64,000 bases of DNA from a virus: IMG/VR virus record IMGVR_UViG_3300042452_000786, positions 11,875 through 75,874 of that record; one strand, written 5' to 3'. The translations under genes were made by a program, and so were the position numbers. The notes beneath the pieces were generated by a model. It saw nothing but the letters and a program-made list of their open reading frames with translations, did not search any database and had not been told where the DNA came from. This document shows positions 1-9,393 of the stretch, piece after piece; within the stretch, counting starts at the first letter, position 1; every line of letters begins with the position of its first letter.

Positions 1-309
1 AGCATGGGTTTCCGCGTGGAAAGCTGGGGTGACGACGCTAAGCGGCTGAACAACTTGCTCTACGTCGGTCGCCAGATGGCTTTGGCTGGTTCGCTTCGTT
101 ACAACACCTGGCAAGCTCAGGACGGTTCTCATCGCGCCACATACCAAGTCAGGGTTCGGGCGTCACAGTACTCCCTCTTTGGTAAAAATCAAGCCAAGGA
201 CACGCAGCAAGCAGCCCCTGCACTGCCTGTTCAGCAAGGGGGAGAGGTCAGAACCGTTGTGGCAGCAGCGCCCTCATCCTTTGAAGAGACCGTTGACCCG
301 CCGTTCTGA
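1..309 (+). CDS. ssb: single-stranded DNA-binding protein, C-terminal part (5' truncated)
   Basis: OB-fold pattern FRVESWG..A..L...L..GRQ....GSL....W...DG..R and acidic tail ending DPPF; frame open to the window edge. Confidence 0.8.
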   Translation, partial: SMGFRVESWGDDAKRLNNLLYVGRQMALAGSLRYNTWQAQDGSHRATYQVRVRASQYSLFGKNQAKDTQQAAPALPVQQGGEVRTVVAAAPSSFEETVDPPF

Positions 310-500
310 TCCATAAGATAAAGTAATGAATGATGGGTGGGACAGGGTGTCCTACTCGACTACGCTTGCACAGGTGGAACCGGCTGCAGTTGCTTCGGCT
401 GCAGCTTTTCATCCTTGGGCCGACGCCGGTGGTGGCTTTAAACCATCCGCTGTTCAGGTTTAACTCCTGTTCCAAGGACAACTGCCCACTTACAAAAGAC

Positions 501-1424
501 ATGTCTGTTCTCGACCGTTACCTAAACACTGAAAAGTATCAAGGTGAAATGCGTGATCTGGTTAATGCCCAGATCCTCAATGACAAAACTCAGTGTGGTC
601 TCTTCTTGAAAGATACTGCACTTGCACGTATCGGCTGGTCTGGAAACGCTAAGCAGTTTCCTAAAGCTGAAGAGTACGTCCACACGTACAACAATGGCGA
701 CAAGAACGAAGGCATCTTCTTTAAGACGCCGCGCATGGTGGTTCTCCACTGTGGTTTCCGTAAAGATGTAACCTTCATCGAAAACTCTGATAAAGGTGGC
801 ATCGAAGGTCTCTACCCCAGGGATTCATTTCTGTATGACGATTGGGAAGCTGCTAACCCCAACAAGCCAAGCCCCTACAAGCGTCGTCGCCTTGTACTGA
901 TCTTCCTGGTGGACGCAAACGGTGTAGCTGTGCACAAAAAACCGTTGATCCTTTCGATTCACGGCGGTGCATCGAACCTGTTCTGCGACGCTTACTCCAC
1001 GTTCATCGAGCAGCTTGAATCTGCTTTTGCTGATCGTATGGGTCTTAAGTCTGCTGCAGGTTTTGACCCCAAGCAAACTGCCGCTGCTATCTTCACTCCG
1101 ACATTTGGCTCGCAGCTCTACGGCGGTGACAAAGCCAAGTCTTGGATTGCTTATCCCGAAAAGTGGGTGACGCCTACTGCTGAAACCGTGGAAGATTTCT
1201 TCCCCAAAGCAGAAGATGACATCGATTTCATCGAGAGCGTCTGGGAAACCTGCCCTCCTGAAGTGTACGCCTCCAGCTTCTTCAAGCAGTGTGAAAAGGA
1301 GATTGGCTATCACGCCATCAAGCCGGGTCTTGACTTCACCCTTCCGCCCGTTGAGTCCTCAAAAAACTCCCGTGTTCTGCTCGGGGCCAGGGATGAAGAC
1401 ACGGGTGAAATCACCCTCGACTGA
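501..1424 (+). CDS. conserved hypothetical protein next to SSB (possibly DUF5895-like)
   Basis: Probable start ATG 501 within ORF 330..1424; tail DEDTGEITLD resembles the D..TGE tails of phage recombination/replication proteins. Confidence 0.5.
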   Translation: MSVLDRYLNTEKYQGEMRDLVNAQILNDKTQCGLFLKDTALARIGWSGNAKQFPKAEEYVHTYNNGDKNEGIFFKTPRMVVLHCGFRKDVTFIENSDKGGIEGLYPRDSFLYDDWEAANPNKPSPYKRRRLVLIFLVDANGVAVHKKPLILSIHGGASNLFCDAYSTFIEQLESAFADRMGLKSAAGFDPKQTAAAIFTPTFGSQLYGGDKAKSWIAYPEKWVTPTAETVEDFFPKAEDDIDFIESVWETCPPEVYASSFFKQCEKEIGYHAIKPGLDFTLPPVESSKNSRVLLGARDEDTGEITLD

Positions 1425-1443
1425 TCGTTGACTGTTGTTTATG

Positions 1444-1469
1444 GCCGGGCCGTTTGGTCCGGCTTTTTT
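1444..1469 (+). terminator. intrinsic terminator
   Basis: GCCGGGCC-gttt-GGTCCGGC stem followed by TTTTTT. Confidence 0.75.
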
Positions 1470-1470
1470 C

Positions 1471-1695
1471 GTGGCTAGCAAATTATCTGAGATCAAGAAG
1501 CACCTAAAAAAGTATGGGTGGCTCCTAGTAAAAAACGGAACAAATCATTTCATCTATGGCAAAGATGAAAAGATGATCCTTATACCAAAAGGCAGGAAGA
1601 TATACTCCAGGAGTTATAAGCAACTCCTGTGGAAGATTGAAGGTAGGACTGATGTCAGTAAAGAGCGTCAGCTCAGTTTTGATATCGAGTCTTAA
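1471..1695 (+). CDS. HicA-like small protein
   Basis: LKKYGW.LV..GTNHFIY......ILIP pattern with conserved His; GTG start after the terminator. Confidence 0.6.
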   Translation: MASKLSEIKKHLKKYGWLLVKNGTNHFIYGKDEKMILIPKGRKIYSRSYKQLLWKIEGRTDVSKERQLSFDIES

Positions 1696-1918
1696 TTACA
1701 TCAGCTTCTAGGTTTGCAAGCCTTTTAACCAGGCCACGAATCACTCCTTGACGGAGAACTGCTAAATGCAAAAGCTTCAACGCACCTAGCTTGATTTGTT
1801 CTATGTCAGTTACAGCTTCAATTTCTTTTGTGAGTTTTGCAATCAAAAACTCATCTTCAAGTGTTGACTCAAAGTTCATCGCGTCAAACGGAACTTCAGT
1901 CAGCTCAAACTCAGACAT
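1673..1918 (-). CDS. possible NblA-like helical-hairpin protein
   Basis: STLEDEF...L.KEI....D.EQI....LKLL.L...RQ..IR.L resembles the NblA L(S/T)LEQ.F pattern. Confidence 0.4.
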   Translation of the reverse strand: MSEFELTEVPFDAMNFESTLEDEFLIAKLTKEIEAVTDIEQIKLGALKLLHLAVLRQGVIRGLVKRLANLEADVIKTRYQN

Positions 1919-1986
1919 TGTCTTTGAGCATAATGCCCAGTCTACATAGTTCACGCCTTGCTTGTGTTACCACGTATACAAAAAAC

Positions 1987-2679
1987 ATGAACAGCGCACT
2001 CACTCTTGAATCCAGCAACGGTAAAACCGGTCCCATTGCAGTCAGCACAACCTCAAGAACTAGCTGTGCTCCAGGGTGCCCGCTGTCTGGTGTAAACGGC
2101 TGCTACGCAGAGGCTGGTTACTACACCAGGATGCACTGGGATGCTGTAACAGCGGGTACACGTGGTCAAGGTCCAGTAGATTTCATCAACCGCGTTGCTA
2201 CCCTGCCAGTCGGTTCATTGTTTCGTCACAACGTTGCTGGCGATCTGTGGCCTGGTGTCAGACCAAACCTGATCGATGGCGTCAGGCTCACCATGCTGGC
2301 TGAGGCTTCTCGTCACCTGACAGCTTGGACCTATACGCACCACGAAAGAAACCTGGAAAACCTGGCTGCAATCAGAGCTGCACTCCGCAGAGGGTTCACC
2401 GTCAACCTTTCGACCGAGTCCAAGAGGGATGCAGCCACCTTCTACAAGCGTGGTTATCCGGTTACCTGCGTCGTACCTGCGGATTCCCCCAGGTCGTTTA
2501 GGTACAAAGAGACTCTGTTCAGGCAGTGCCCAGCAACGGTAGAAGGCTCGACGGTAACGTGTGCAACTTGCGGTGGCGCTAAGGGTAAACCCCTGTGCTC
2601 CCTGGCAAACCGTAATTTTGTCATTACTTTTCCCGTCCACGGTTCCCGCTCGAAAGCTGCAGCGTTGCAGTGCAGTTGA
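1987..2679 (+). CDS. Cys-rich, radical-SAM-like phage protein (gp88/DUF7227-like)
   Basis: SN.KTG.I, C...CP......CYA, FRHNVAGDL, WTYTH, CP.......TC..C motifs. Confidence 0.6.
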   Translation: MNSALTLESSNGKTGPIAVSTTSRTSCAPGCPLSGVNGCYAEAGYYTRMHWDAVTAGTRGQGPVDFINRVATLPVGSLFRHNVAGDLWPGVRPNLIDGVRLTMLAEASRHLTAWTYTHHERNLENLAAIRAALRRGFTVNLSTESKRDAATFYKRGYPVTCVVPADSPRSFRYKETLFRQCPATVEGSTVTCATCGGAKGKPLCSLANRNFVITFPVHGSRSKAAALQCS

Positions 2680-2729
2680 CTCTCCGTTTGCAGTGCAGTT
2701 GACTCTCCGTTTGCAGTGCAGTTGACTCT
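2665..2729. repeat. 23-bp tandem repeat, about 2.8 copies
   Basis: TTGCAGTGCAGTTGACTCTCCGT at 2665, 2688 and 2711 (partial). Confidence 0.95.
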
Positions 2730-2776
2730 GCGGAGGAAAAACCTAGACTGTCACTGCAATCTCGCCTTGTCCTAGG

Positions 2777-2911
2777 ATGGCTAGCAAGTCCCTGAGCGGC
2801 TCACCACATAAAGATGGGGTGCCAAAACGCACCTCGATCGGTCACGGTCGACGTAAGCGCGGCTCATTCAAGGTCCGCAGCCAGAAGAAATACCGGGGAC
2901 AAGGTCATTGA
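2777..2911 (+). CDS. small basic protein, 44 aa (absent from ORF track)
   Basis: MASKSLSGSPHKDGVPKRTSIGHGRRKRGSFKVRSQKKYRGQGH; the KKYRGQG ending is a familiar small phage protein motif. Confidence 0.65.
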   Translation: MASKSLSGSPHKDGVPKRTSIGHGRRKRGSFKVRSQKKYRGQGH

Positions 2912-2928
2912 TTCTGAAACCACAACGT

Positions 2929-3126
2929 ATGTCTGACTCTTCTTCTTCTAGTTCTGGTGGAACTGGATTCATTGGTCTTTTGCAAGTTTTGTTTATCGGT
3001 TTAAAGCTGACCAATTACATTACTTGGCCATGGTGGCAAGTGCTTTTGCCAACCATCATTGGTTTATCTCTAGTTGGTATTCTTCTTTTGTTTGCGCTAC
3101 TTATTATTTATTTACCACGCAAATAA
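2929..3126 (+). CDS. small two-TM membrane protein
   Basis: SSSSSSGG.GF.GLL..LFI.LKL...I.W.WW.VL.P, common phage membrane protein pattern. Confidence 0.75.
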   Translation: MSDSSSSSSGGTGFIGLLQVLFIGLKLTNYITWPWWQVLLPTIIGLSLVGILLLFALLIIYLPRK

Positions 3127-3180
3127 AGTCCAACGGTCCTGGGCATGACCTAAAAAGGCTCACACACAACACCACCCACC

Positions 3181-4014
3181 ATGTCTACAGTTGTATCTCA
3201 ACTGACGACTGCACAACAGCTGATCTACAGCCGTACTCGCATCGTCAACTCCACATCAAGGATTAGCCCTGAATTGTATGGCAGCCTTGAACCCAGAGAC
3301 ATCCTTTCAATCTCCCTGCAAGGAGACAAAGTTCACTGCCTACTTGCAGATGGAGAGATTGCAGTTGATCGCTCAACTGTTATTGCCAACTTCTGGGAGT
3401 ACAGGACACGTACACCCTCGTTCTTTGACTACAAGATTTGGCGCCAGGTAGAAAATCCGGAGGGGTTTTCAGGTGTTGCAGTTGGTGCAATTAATTATTC
3501 AATGATTCCAAACCGCATTGCCGTTGATCGACACGGGGTCCGCAAGCTTTACTTTGTTAACGAAAACGAGAAGCTGTGCACCTGTGGTTCCTGGCAACAA
3601 CTTAATGAACACAAGTTGGAACTGGAAAAAGAGTTTAAAGAGCACGGTCAACGTTGCTTTGAACCTACCTGTAAGCACTTAAGGTGGGCTGAAGCCAACA
3701 CCAAGCTGCAGGCGCTGCGTTACCTGACAAAAGATAACAAGGGAGAATACAACCCACGGCTTTGTGTTTACACTTTTGATCACCGCCGTGGCATGCTTCT
3801 CTATCGCATCACCTATGACGGAGTAAAAAGTAAAGGTCAATGGTTTCCAGTTGAAGGCTGGAAAGAAAAAGAAGTCTATGGAAAGAGCGGTATTCCTAGC
3901 GGAGAATGCTGGGATACTTTCTTTTCTGCTCTAAGTCAGACTGAACCATTCAAGCTTGTCAAGTTTTCGCACGGTGTTGCAAGCTTGATGAACAGCACAC
4001 GTTCCAAAAACTGA
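3181..4014 (+). CDS. SWIM-type zinc finger protein
   Basis: CTCGSW...PTCKH motif. Confidence 0.55.
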   Translation: MSTVVSQLTTAQQLIYSRTRIVNSTSRISPELYGSLEPRDILSISLQGDKVHCLLADGEIAVDRSTVIANFWEYRTRTPSFFDYKIWRQVENPEGFSGVAVGAINYSMIPNRIAVDRHGVRKLYFVNENEKLCTCGSWQQLNEHKLELEKEFKEHGQRCFEPTCKHLRWAEANTKLQALRYLTKDNKGEYNPRLCVYTFDHRRGMLLYRITYDGVKSKGQWFPVEGWKEKEVYGKSGIPSGECWDTFFSALSQTEPFKLVKFSHGVASLMNSTRSKN

Positions 4015-4031
4015 TTACCCACGAACACATC

Positions 4032-4628
4032 ATGGCTGACAAACAGAGTTACATTCAATTGGCAGAATCCGTTCAGCACATTACTTTTCTCAAAGATTTT
4101 CCTGACGCCAGTGAAGATGAGAAGGCTGAGCTGGAGGCGCACCTCAAGGATCTTGCTTCCAGGCAAGAGTCCAAGTTTGATTCAATCATTGGATTGATCA
4201 AGAAGTGTGATGCTTATATAGATGCATTGCAGAGTGAGCTTGATGAGATTAAAACAAATCTTGATGCTTGGAAGAAGAACAAGGAGAAGATTACGAACAT
4301 TATTAAGTTTGCTTATCAACAGGATCTGATTGGTGGTACGCCAACAGGTGTTAAGTATCAAGCAACTATTAAGCGCGTTAAACCTAGGTTGGTTGATAAC
4401 TTTGAGCACTGGAGCGATGCGGAAAAAACGGAGTACGGACTGCGTAAAACAACGACCGTTACACGGATCAAAGATGACGTTGTTGTTGACGTTAAGCAGG
4501 AGGATCTTCCTGATAAAACACGAGTCAGGGAATCGTTGACTGCGGATGACGGGGCTGCTCCAGTGTCGTCCCAGCTTGTTCCTGGGTTTGCGTTTGTGTA
4601 CGAACGTCGTAAGAGGTTGACAAACTGA
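4032..4628 (+). CDS. siphovirus Gp157-like coiled-coil protein
   Basis: K.D.I..LIK.......AL..E...I......K.....I pattern. Confidence 0.55.
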   Translation: MADKQSYIQLAESVQHITFLKDFPDASEDEKAELEAHLKDLASRQESKFDSIIGLIKKCDAYIDALQSELDEIKTNLDAWKKNKEKITNIIKFAYQQDLIGGTPTGVKYQATIKRVKPRLVDNFEHWSDAEKTEYGLRKTTTVTRIKDDVVVDVKQEDLPDKTRVRESLTADDGAAPVSSQLVPGFAFVYERRKRLTN

Positions 4629-4641
4629 TAAGATAAAAAGC

Positions 4642-4820
4642 GGGTGCGCGTCAGGCACATAGCCTGAAAGGCGGCCCTTGCTAAGTCCTGGGTTTCCAGG
4701 CCAGGGGGATGGCCTCCCCTGCTCGAAGGGTGCAACAAGGAACGTTGCATTAAACGAAGGATCCCCTCAGCCACATCGTAGAAGCACTGTTAAGGTGATC
4801 GTGGGTGGACATCCTCGCCC
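4642..4820 (+). ncRNA. candidate structured non-coding RNA, ~180 nt
   Basis: GC-rich intergenic stretch with at least five stems and 5'/3' end pairing; see findings. Confidence 0.5.
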
Positions 4821-4841
4821 TACATTTAATCTGTGTTAATC

Positions 4842-5006
4842 ATGCCTCAAAAGAAACCCGGCGACCCCGGCCTTTACGCAAACATTCGAGCTAAACAAGA
4901 GCGCATCAAGCAAGGCAGCGGTGAAACCATGCGCAAGCCTGGCGAGAAAGGCGCTCCAACAGAAAAAGCATTTAAGGATTCCGCTAAGACTGCAAAGAAA
5001 AAGTAA
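4842..5006 (+). CDS. small basic protein, 54 aa (absent from ORF track)
   Basis: GLYANI.AK..RI..GSGE.MRKPG.KGAPT..AFK.SAKTAKK, a recognisable small phage protein pattern. Confidence 0.75.
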   Translation: MPQKKPGDPGLYANIRAKQERIKQGSGETMRKPGEKGAPTEKAFKDSAKTAKKK

Positions 5007-5082
5007 GTAAAACGATTTCCTAACACTGCTTGTCGTTGCAGGGCTTCTGTGGTTACGCTGTACGCGGACACCGGAGCCCTCA

Positions 5083-5409
5083 ATGACCGAGTTTTACGTT
5101 GAGAATTTTAAGTCTTATTCAGCGATTTTCAAAAAACACGCATGTTACATTGCGGAACTCATGGAGATCCTAGAAAATGCAATTGTTTTTAGGGGTATCC
5201 CGCCAGTGGGCAGAACAGAAAAACTGTTCAGGATAACCCTAGACCTGCTCTATCACGTCGACCAATCTTATAAGAAAAAGTATGAGATTGATGAGCCTGA
5301 GTTCAAGCTGACAACTTACATGAGTGAAGAAGATGTCATTGGTGCACTGCGAACTGCAATCAAAGAAGAACTTATTGATCTCAACGGTAACAACAATGGA
5401 ACCAAATGA
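5083..5409 (+). CDS. hypothetical protein
   Basis: 108-aa ORF in a co-oriented run. Confidence 0.6.
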   Translation: MTEFYVENFKSYSAIFKKHACYIAELMEILENAIVFRGIPPVGRTEKLFRITLDLLYHVDQSYKKKYEIDEPEFKLTTYMSEEDVIGALRTAIKEELIDLNGNNNGTK

Positions 5410-5578
5410 AAAAACGGAAACCAAGCGTTGGACACTTCCTGTTGATGAGGACGGTGTTCTTATCCTCCCAGATGAACTCTGGGCTGAGTTGGGGTGGAAA
5501 GAAGATGACTCCCTGGAATGGGTTGATCAAGAAGATGGTTCATTTCTTCTCGTAAAAGTTGAAGAAAGTGACGAGTAA
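5396..5578 (+). CDS. AbrB/MazE/SpoVT-like DNA-binding protein
   Basis: VDEDG.L.LPDELW.ELGWKE.D.LEW.....G...L pattern. Confidence 0.7.
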   Translation: MEPNEKTETKRWTLPVDEDGVLILPDELWAELGWKEDDSLEWVDQEDGSFLLVKVEESDE

Positions 5579-5768
5579 AGATCAACCGGACTGGGTCTGC
5601 AACAACTGCAATGAACAGTTTGGAAAATGGTGGGTCGATGATCAATACATCGGCCCTTCTTCTTATTACGCCACGTACCACTCAGGTCCCTGTGAAGTCT
5701 GTAACCAAGTCAAATACGTTACAGAAGCCAGGGATTTTGGTTATCTCAGATCTGACTGGAAGAATTAG
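5568..5768 (+). CDS. small CxxC/CxxC zinc-binding protein
   Basis: WVCNNC...CEVC....VTEARDFGYL. Confidence 0.6.
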   Translation: MTSKDQPDWVCNNCNEQFGKWWVDDQYIGPSSYYATYHSGPCEVCNQVKYVTEARDFGYLRSDWKN

Positions 5769-7078
5769 CGGCTGATCTCTTCGAAGTCCATCGAAGCGTA
5801 AATGTTTGCTCCATTTGAACTTGCAGCCGCAACTAACGTCAATTCATACGGCGTGCTAGTAAACGGTTCTCGTTCCAGCTGGAACTTAAACAACGCTTCT
5901 TTAAGGATGTCAATTGTGTTGCGGGATTGGTTGGATGCACTGGAGTAACCAGAAGCAAGGATGCGTCCGCTAGCAAACGATGTTCCTGTGATGTTGTACT
6001 CAACTGCAGAATCTACTCCGGCGCTTACCCACGTACCGCCTGTTGTTGTTCCGCTTGCAATGACTTGCCAGTTGTAGTTAGCGTTGTTTGTAATGCCCAT
6101 AATTGAAAGGGCTGTAAGAATGACAATTGCATCTAAACGATTGGGAGAAGCTTTAAGGCGAATTGAGATTACAGGGTAGTAAGTTCCTGCTGTGGTTAAA
6201 GCATGAGGTGTAGTAATCGGAACGCTGATTGCTTTCTGAGCGCCACGTAATTCGTATCCTCCTTCTGATAAAACAGAAGAGCAAATTTGTTTTAGCGTAC
6301 TGCTACTTGCTGTTGTTGCTGTGTTTTCAATCTCATAACGCAGCGGCAGAGAAGCAGTCGTAATGTACGTTGATGCAATTACGTTTGCATGTTGGAACAC
6401 GTGGCAAGCAACAAACTTGCCGTCAATAACAAAACCCAGCCGCACACTGCCAAGACCTAACCACTCAATATCCATCCACAGGATTTGAGCTTTGGTAACA
6501 TCCAAAGTCATTCCGGAGATCCCCGTTCCATCCAAGGGATCAAGGTTCCAGTTGGATTGAGAAACTCGTGTTTCAGTTACTGTTCCAGTAACAATGCTGC
6601 GTTCAACAAAAGAAAGGGAGTTAGCACCTGTGCCGTTTAGCTCCAGGTACATGCCATTGTCGTTGCCGTAATAGCCGACACGCTGTCTCAACCCTGTTTT
6701 GGCAGGGCTCATTACAAAAGTACTCAGCACCAGCAAAGATTTGCCGGGTTGGTAAGAAAAAACTTTGGTGGTTTCGCGGTAAACCCTGGAGCCAGATGTA
6801 GTCGTTACGGCTAAATCAACTAAACCTTGGTTGGCGTTAAACGTTGTTGTGCCACCAGATGCAGTAGACGTTGCCCACAGCCCGTTCTCCCGGTAACGAT
6901 GGCTGGAATCAAACAGAGTCAAGGGCGTAGAAACCCGAAGGCGACCAAAAGAATCAATAGAAGAAGGTTGTGCTGCTGTACCAGAGTCAAGAATGACCCT
7001 CAGTGGTTCATCCAATAAACCGGATACCTTAACTACCTCGTAACGAGCTTCATCTCTTGGGTCAATAATTGTTGCCAC
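5765..7078 (-). CDS. putative virion structural (beta-rich spike/fibre-like) protein
   Basis: DSFGRLRVS.P.TLFDS, YQPGKS, WLG.G.VR.GF motifs; Ser/Thr rich; paralog of 30969..33893. Confidence 0.6.
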   Translation of the reverse strand: MATIIDPRDEARYEVVKVSGLLDEPLRVILDSGTAAQPSSIDSFGRLRVSTPLTLFDSSHRYRENGLWATSTASGGTTTFNANQGLVDLAVTTTSGSRVYRETTKVFSYQPGKSLLVLSTFVMSPAKTGLRQRVGYYGNDNGMYLELNGTGANSLSFVERSIVTGTVTETRVSQSNWNLDPLDGTGISGMTLDVTKAQILWMDIEWLGLGSVRLGFVIDGKFVACHVFQHANVIASTYITTASLPLRYEIENTATTASSSTLKQICSSVLSEGGYELRGAQKAISVPITTPHALTTAGTYYPVISIRLKASPNRLDAIVILTALSIMGITNNANYNWQVIASGTTTGGTWVSAGVDSAVEYNITGTSFASGRILASGYSSASNQSRNTIDILKEALFKFQLEREPFTSTPYELTLVAAASSNGANIYASMDFEEISR

Positions 7079-7163
7079 GCCGCGCCTAAAAAACTATCTA
7101 CTCAGTTTAACGGTTGCATTCCAGATTAGAAAGGTTAAGCTGTCCCTGTTACTACTTCCTGTC

Positions 7164-7403
7164 ATGCGGGAATCTAAAAAGATCAGGTACAAGGGAAAGC
7201 CTTCTGAGATCCTGGAGTCTATCCTTTACGAAGGCTACGAAATTAAAAGTCTTAAGCACGGCAACACAGGCCACACTCTATACAGCTCGCCAAGCAAGGA
7301 ATATGAGTGGGAAAACTGCTGGGGCATGGATCTTCAGACAGCAAAAAACAATGTGCTGAAGTACAACCAACACCTGACTGAAACAAGTTCGGTGCCAGGG
7401 TGA
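7164..7403 (+). CDS. hypothetical protein
   Basis: 79-aa ORF with ATG start. Confidence 0.55.
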   Translation: MRESKKIRYKGKPSEILESILYEGYEIKSLKHGNTGHTLYSSPSKEYEWENCWGMDLQTAKNNVLKYNQHLTETSSVPG

Positions 7404-7449
7404 AACGCCCGTAGAATCAACACTGTATCGATTTTGTGGTAGCTGAGAA

Positions 7450-7710
7450 GTGGTTCGCCCGGTGATGACTGATCTCATGGATGACCTGGCAATGGACATC
7501 CATGCTTATCTTCTTGAAATTTCTACCGAATACCAAGGAAATAACTACGTCCTGATTCCAATTACGGATGTCGTTAAGAAGTTTCAACGGAATCACCGCA
7601 CCATTCAGCGGCGCATTGGTGCGCTTAAAGATGAAGGGCTTCTTGTTCCTGTCATCCGCAAAAACACGATTGCGCTCTACCACGTTAAAGAACAGGAGGA
7701 CCAACCATGA
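7450..7710 (+). CDS. winged helix-turn-helix protein
   Basis: ITDVVKKFQRNHRTIQRRIGALKDEGLL. Confidence 0.6.
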   Translation: MVRPVMTDLMDDLAMDIHAYLLEISTEYQGNNYVLIPITDVVKKFQRNHRTIQRRIGALKDEGLLVPVIRKNTIALYHVKEQEDQP

Positions 7711-8012
7711 CGGATAAGCCGAGTGATAGCAGTCATCTTGAAGCTCTTTCGTTCCTCCTTTCTTCTTTTACAGACAACGGCAGATCGCTTAGAGCATTTA
7801 CAGCTAACCCTCAGGAACTGGCTATCACAATCTTGACTGCAGGTCTGCTTGCCAATTCAAAGCTGATGGTCAGCCCAGAGGATGCGGTCAAATGTGCTTT
7901 TGATATTCACTCCAGGATTCAAAGGCACGTGAGCCAGCATCAGTCGATGACGTTTGCAGCCAACATCGAGAACTGTTTTACGGGATCGCACCCTGAAGTT
8001 GAAGGCGATTGA
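7707..8012 (+). CDS. hypothetical protein
   Basis: ATGA overlap with the upstream gene. Confidence 0.6.
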   Translation: MTDKPSDSSHLEALSFLLSSFTDNGRSLRAFTANPQELAITILTAGLLANSKLMVSPEDAVKCAFDIHSRIQRHVSQHQSMTFAANIENCFTGSHPEVEGD

Positions 8013-8403
8013 CGCTGTGACCTTCTCGGGATAGCAGCTTCATTGATCCTGCTGTTGCCTTTAAGGATTTTCTTAGGCTGCGGCACGCTGCTTCTGGATT
8101 GGTGTGGTCACCGCAGGTAAACGCGTCAATTGCTGCGTATCCGTGCTCAGGCCAGGTGTGAATTGAGAGGTGTGATTCGGATAAAAGGGCAACCGCAGTC
8201 ACCCCCTGGGGTTCAAATTTATGGGAAACCATGCCCAAAAGCGTTGCGCCAGAAGCGTCTGCTGCTTGCGTCATGGCTTCCTTGATGAAGGCTTCATCAT
8301 CGAGCAGGTTCGGATCGCCGCCCTGTAACTCGTAAATGCAATGCCGTCCTACAACACCAGGAACTTCATACACCTCTGCTGAACCATGCAATTTTCTCTC
8401 CAT
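7978..8403 (-). CDS. speD: S-adenosylmethionine decarboxylase proenzyme (pyruvoyl type)
   Basis: GRH, HKFEPQGVT.VALLSESH.SIHTWPE.GYAA.D.FTCG including the E-S self-cleavage site; start ATG 8403 or slightly later. Confidence 0.92.
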   Translation of the reverse strand: MERKLHGSAEVYEVPGVVGRHCIYELQGGDPNLLDDEAFIKEAMTQAADASGATLLGMVSHKFEPQGVTAVALLSESHLSIHTWPEHGYAAIDAFTCGDHTNPEAACRSLRKSLKATAGSMKLLSREGHSVNRLQLQGAIP

Positions 8404-8481
8404 TTTACGCAGGGTGTATCGATCTAAAACGTAGACAGGCACTGGTTTAGGCGGTACCTTTTGTTGAACTGCTGCACCCTC

Positions 8482-9393
8482 ATGCCCCCTGCGTTGCTTG
8501 AAATTCCTGCAGCAGTTCTTGGAAGAGAAGAACTGGAGCGCAAAATTCATACAACGTACGATCGGACTGCATCGTATAAGCAGTTCGTGGATTATCGATC
8601 GGAAGGAGATACCCGGCTCCAGGATAATATCGGAAGGCTGTACCGAACTCCCTACGGTGCATTGGCATCCACTACCACAATCTTGAGTGCTACTGGTGGT
8701 AACAAAGCTGCTCTTGAACGTTGGAATCAGAAAAACCCGGGTAAACGAGAGGAGGCGGCAAAGCGTGGAACTCTTGTACACTCTTACATGGAGCGGTACA
8801 TGCTGGGAGAGCGCAATTTTGAAATCGATTCTGCTGTTGAACCGTTTTGGCGAGACCTTCCTAAAAACCTGGATAAACTGGGTCGTTGTATTTGGGCAGA
8901 AAATCCTCTCCACGATGCGTTTCCTTGGTGCGTAGGAGCAGATGGCATCTCCAGGGTGTGGCATCCTGGTCGATGCGAATCCGAGGTTCGTGGCTGGGCC
9001 GGGGCGCCAGATTTAATTTTTGAATACAAAGGTAAAATTGTATTAGGAGATCTAAAGACAAGCGCAAACCGATACTACGCACGCTGGCCAGGGCCTGAAA
9101 CACCAAAATCGGAATACGGCTTGAAGCGTGCAGGATTCCTCAAGTACGAAAAGTGCCAACGTCAAATGGCTTCCTACGCTTTAGCGTGTGAGCACACCAT
9201 CGGCATTAAGCCCGAAATCTTAATGACCTTTGTGTGTACAGAAGAAACTACTCAAGTATTTGCTATTCAAGGCTCTACAATCGACAAGTACAAAGAAAAA
9301 TGGTGGGACACTGTAGATAAGTTTTACGATGAACTCAGCAACAAAAAGCTAAACGAAATTGACATGAAAGTTGTTGATGGAGATAAAGGCTAA
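8482..9393 (+). CDS. PD-(D/E)XK exonuclease
   Basis: STTTIL, RGT..H...E, AG.PD...DLKTS, Q...Y motifs. Confidence 0.8.
   Translation: MPPALLEIPAAVLGREELERKIHTTYDRTASYKQFVDYRSEGDTRLQDNIGRLYRTPYGALASTTTILSATGGNKAALERWNQKNPGKREEAAKRGTLVHSYMERYMLGERNFEIDSAVEPFWRDLPKNLDKLGRCIWAENPLHDAFPWCVGADGISRVWHPGRCESEVRGWAGAPDLIFEYKGKIVLGDLKTSANRYYARWPGPETPKSEYGLKRAGFLKYEKCQRQMASYALACEHTIGIKPEILMTFVCTEETTQVFAIQGSTIDKYKEKWWDTVDKFYDELSNKKLNEIDMKVVDGDKG

Noticed and set aside
2665-2729. Mini CRISPR array
   Set aside because: The repeats are contiguous with no spacers, and there are no cas genes.
8404-8964. 328-aa extended SpeD from the ORF track
   Set aside because: The extension is the antisense shadow of the exonuclease; SpeD motifs begin after 8403.
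8482-9393. Cas4
   Set aside because: No four-Cys Fe-S cluster pattern; an ordinary phage exonuclease fits.
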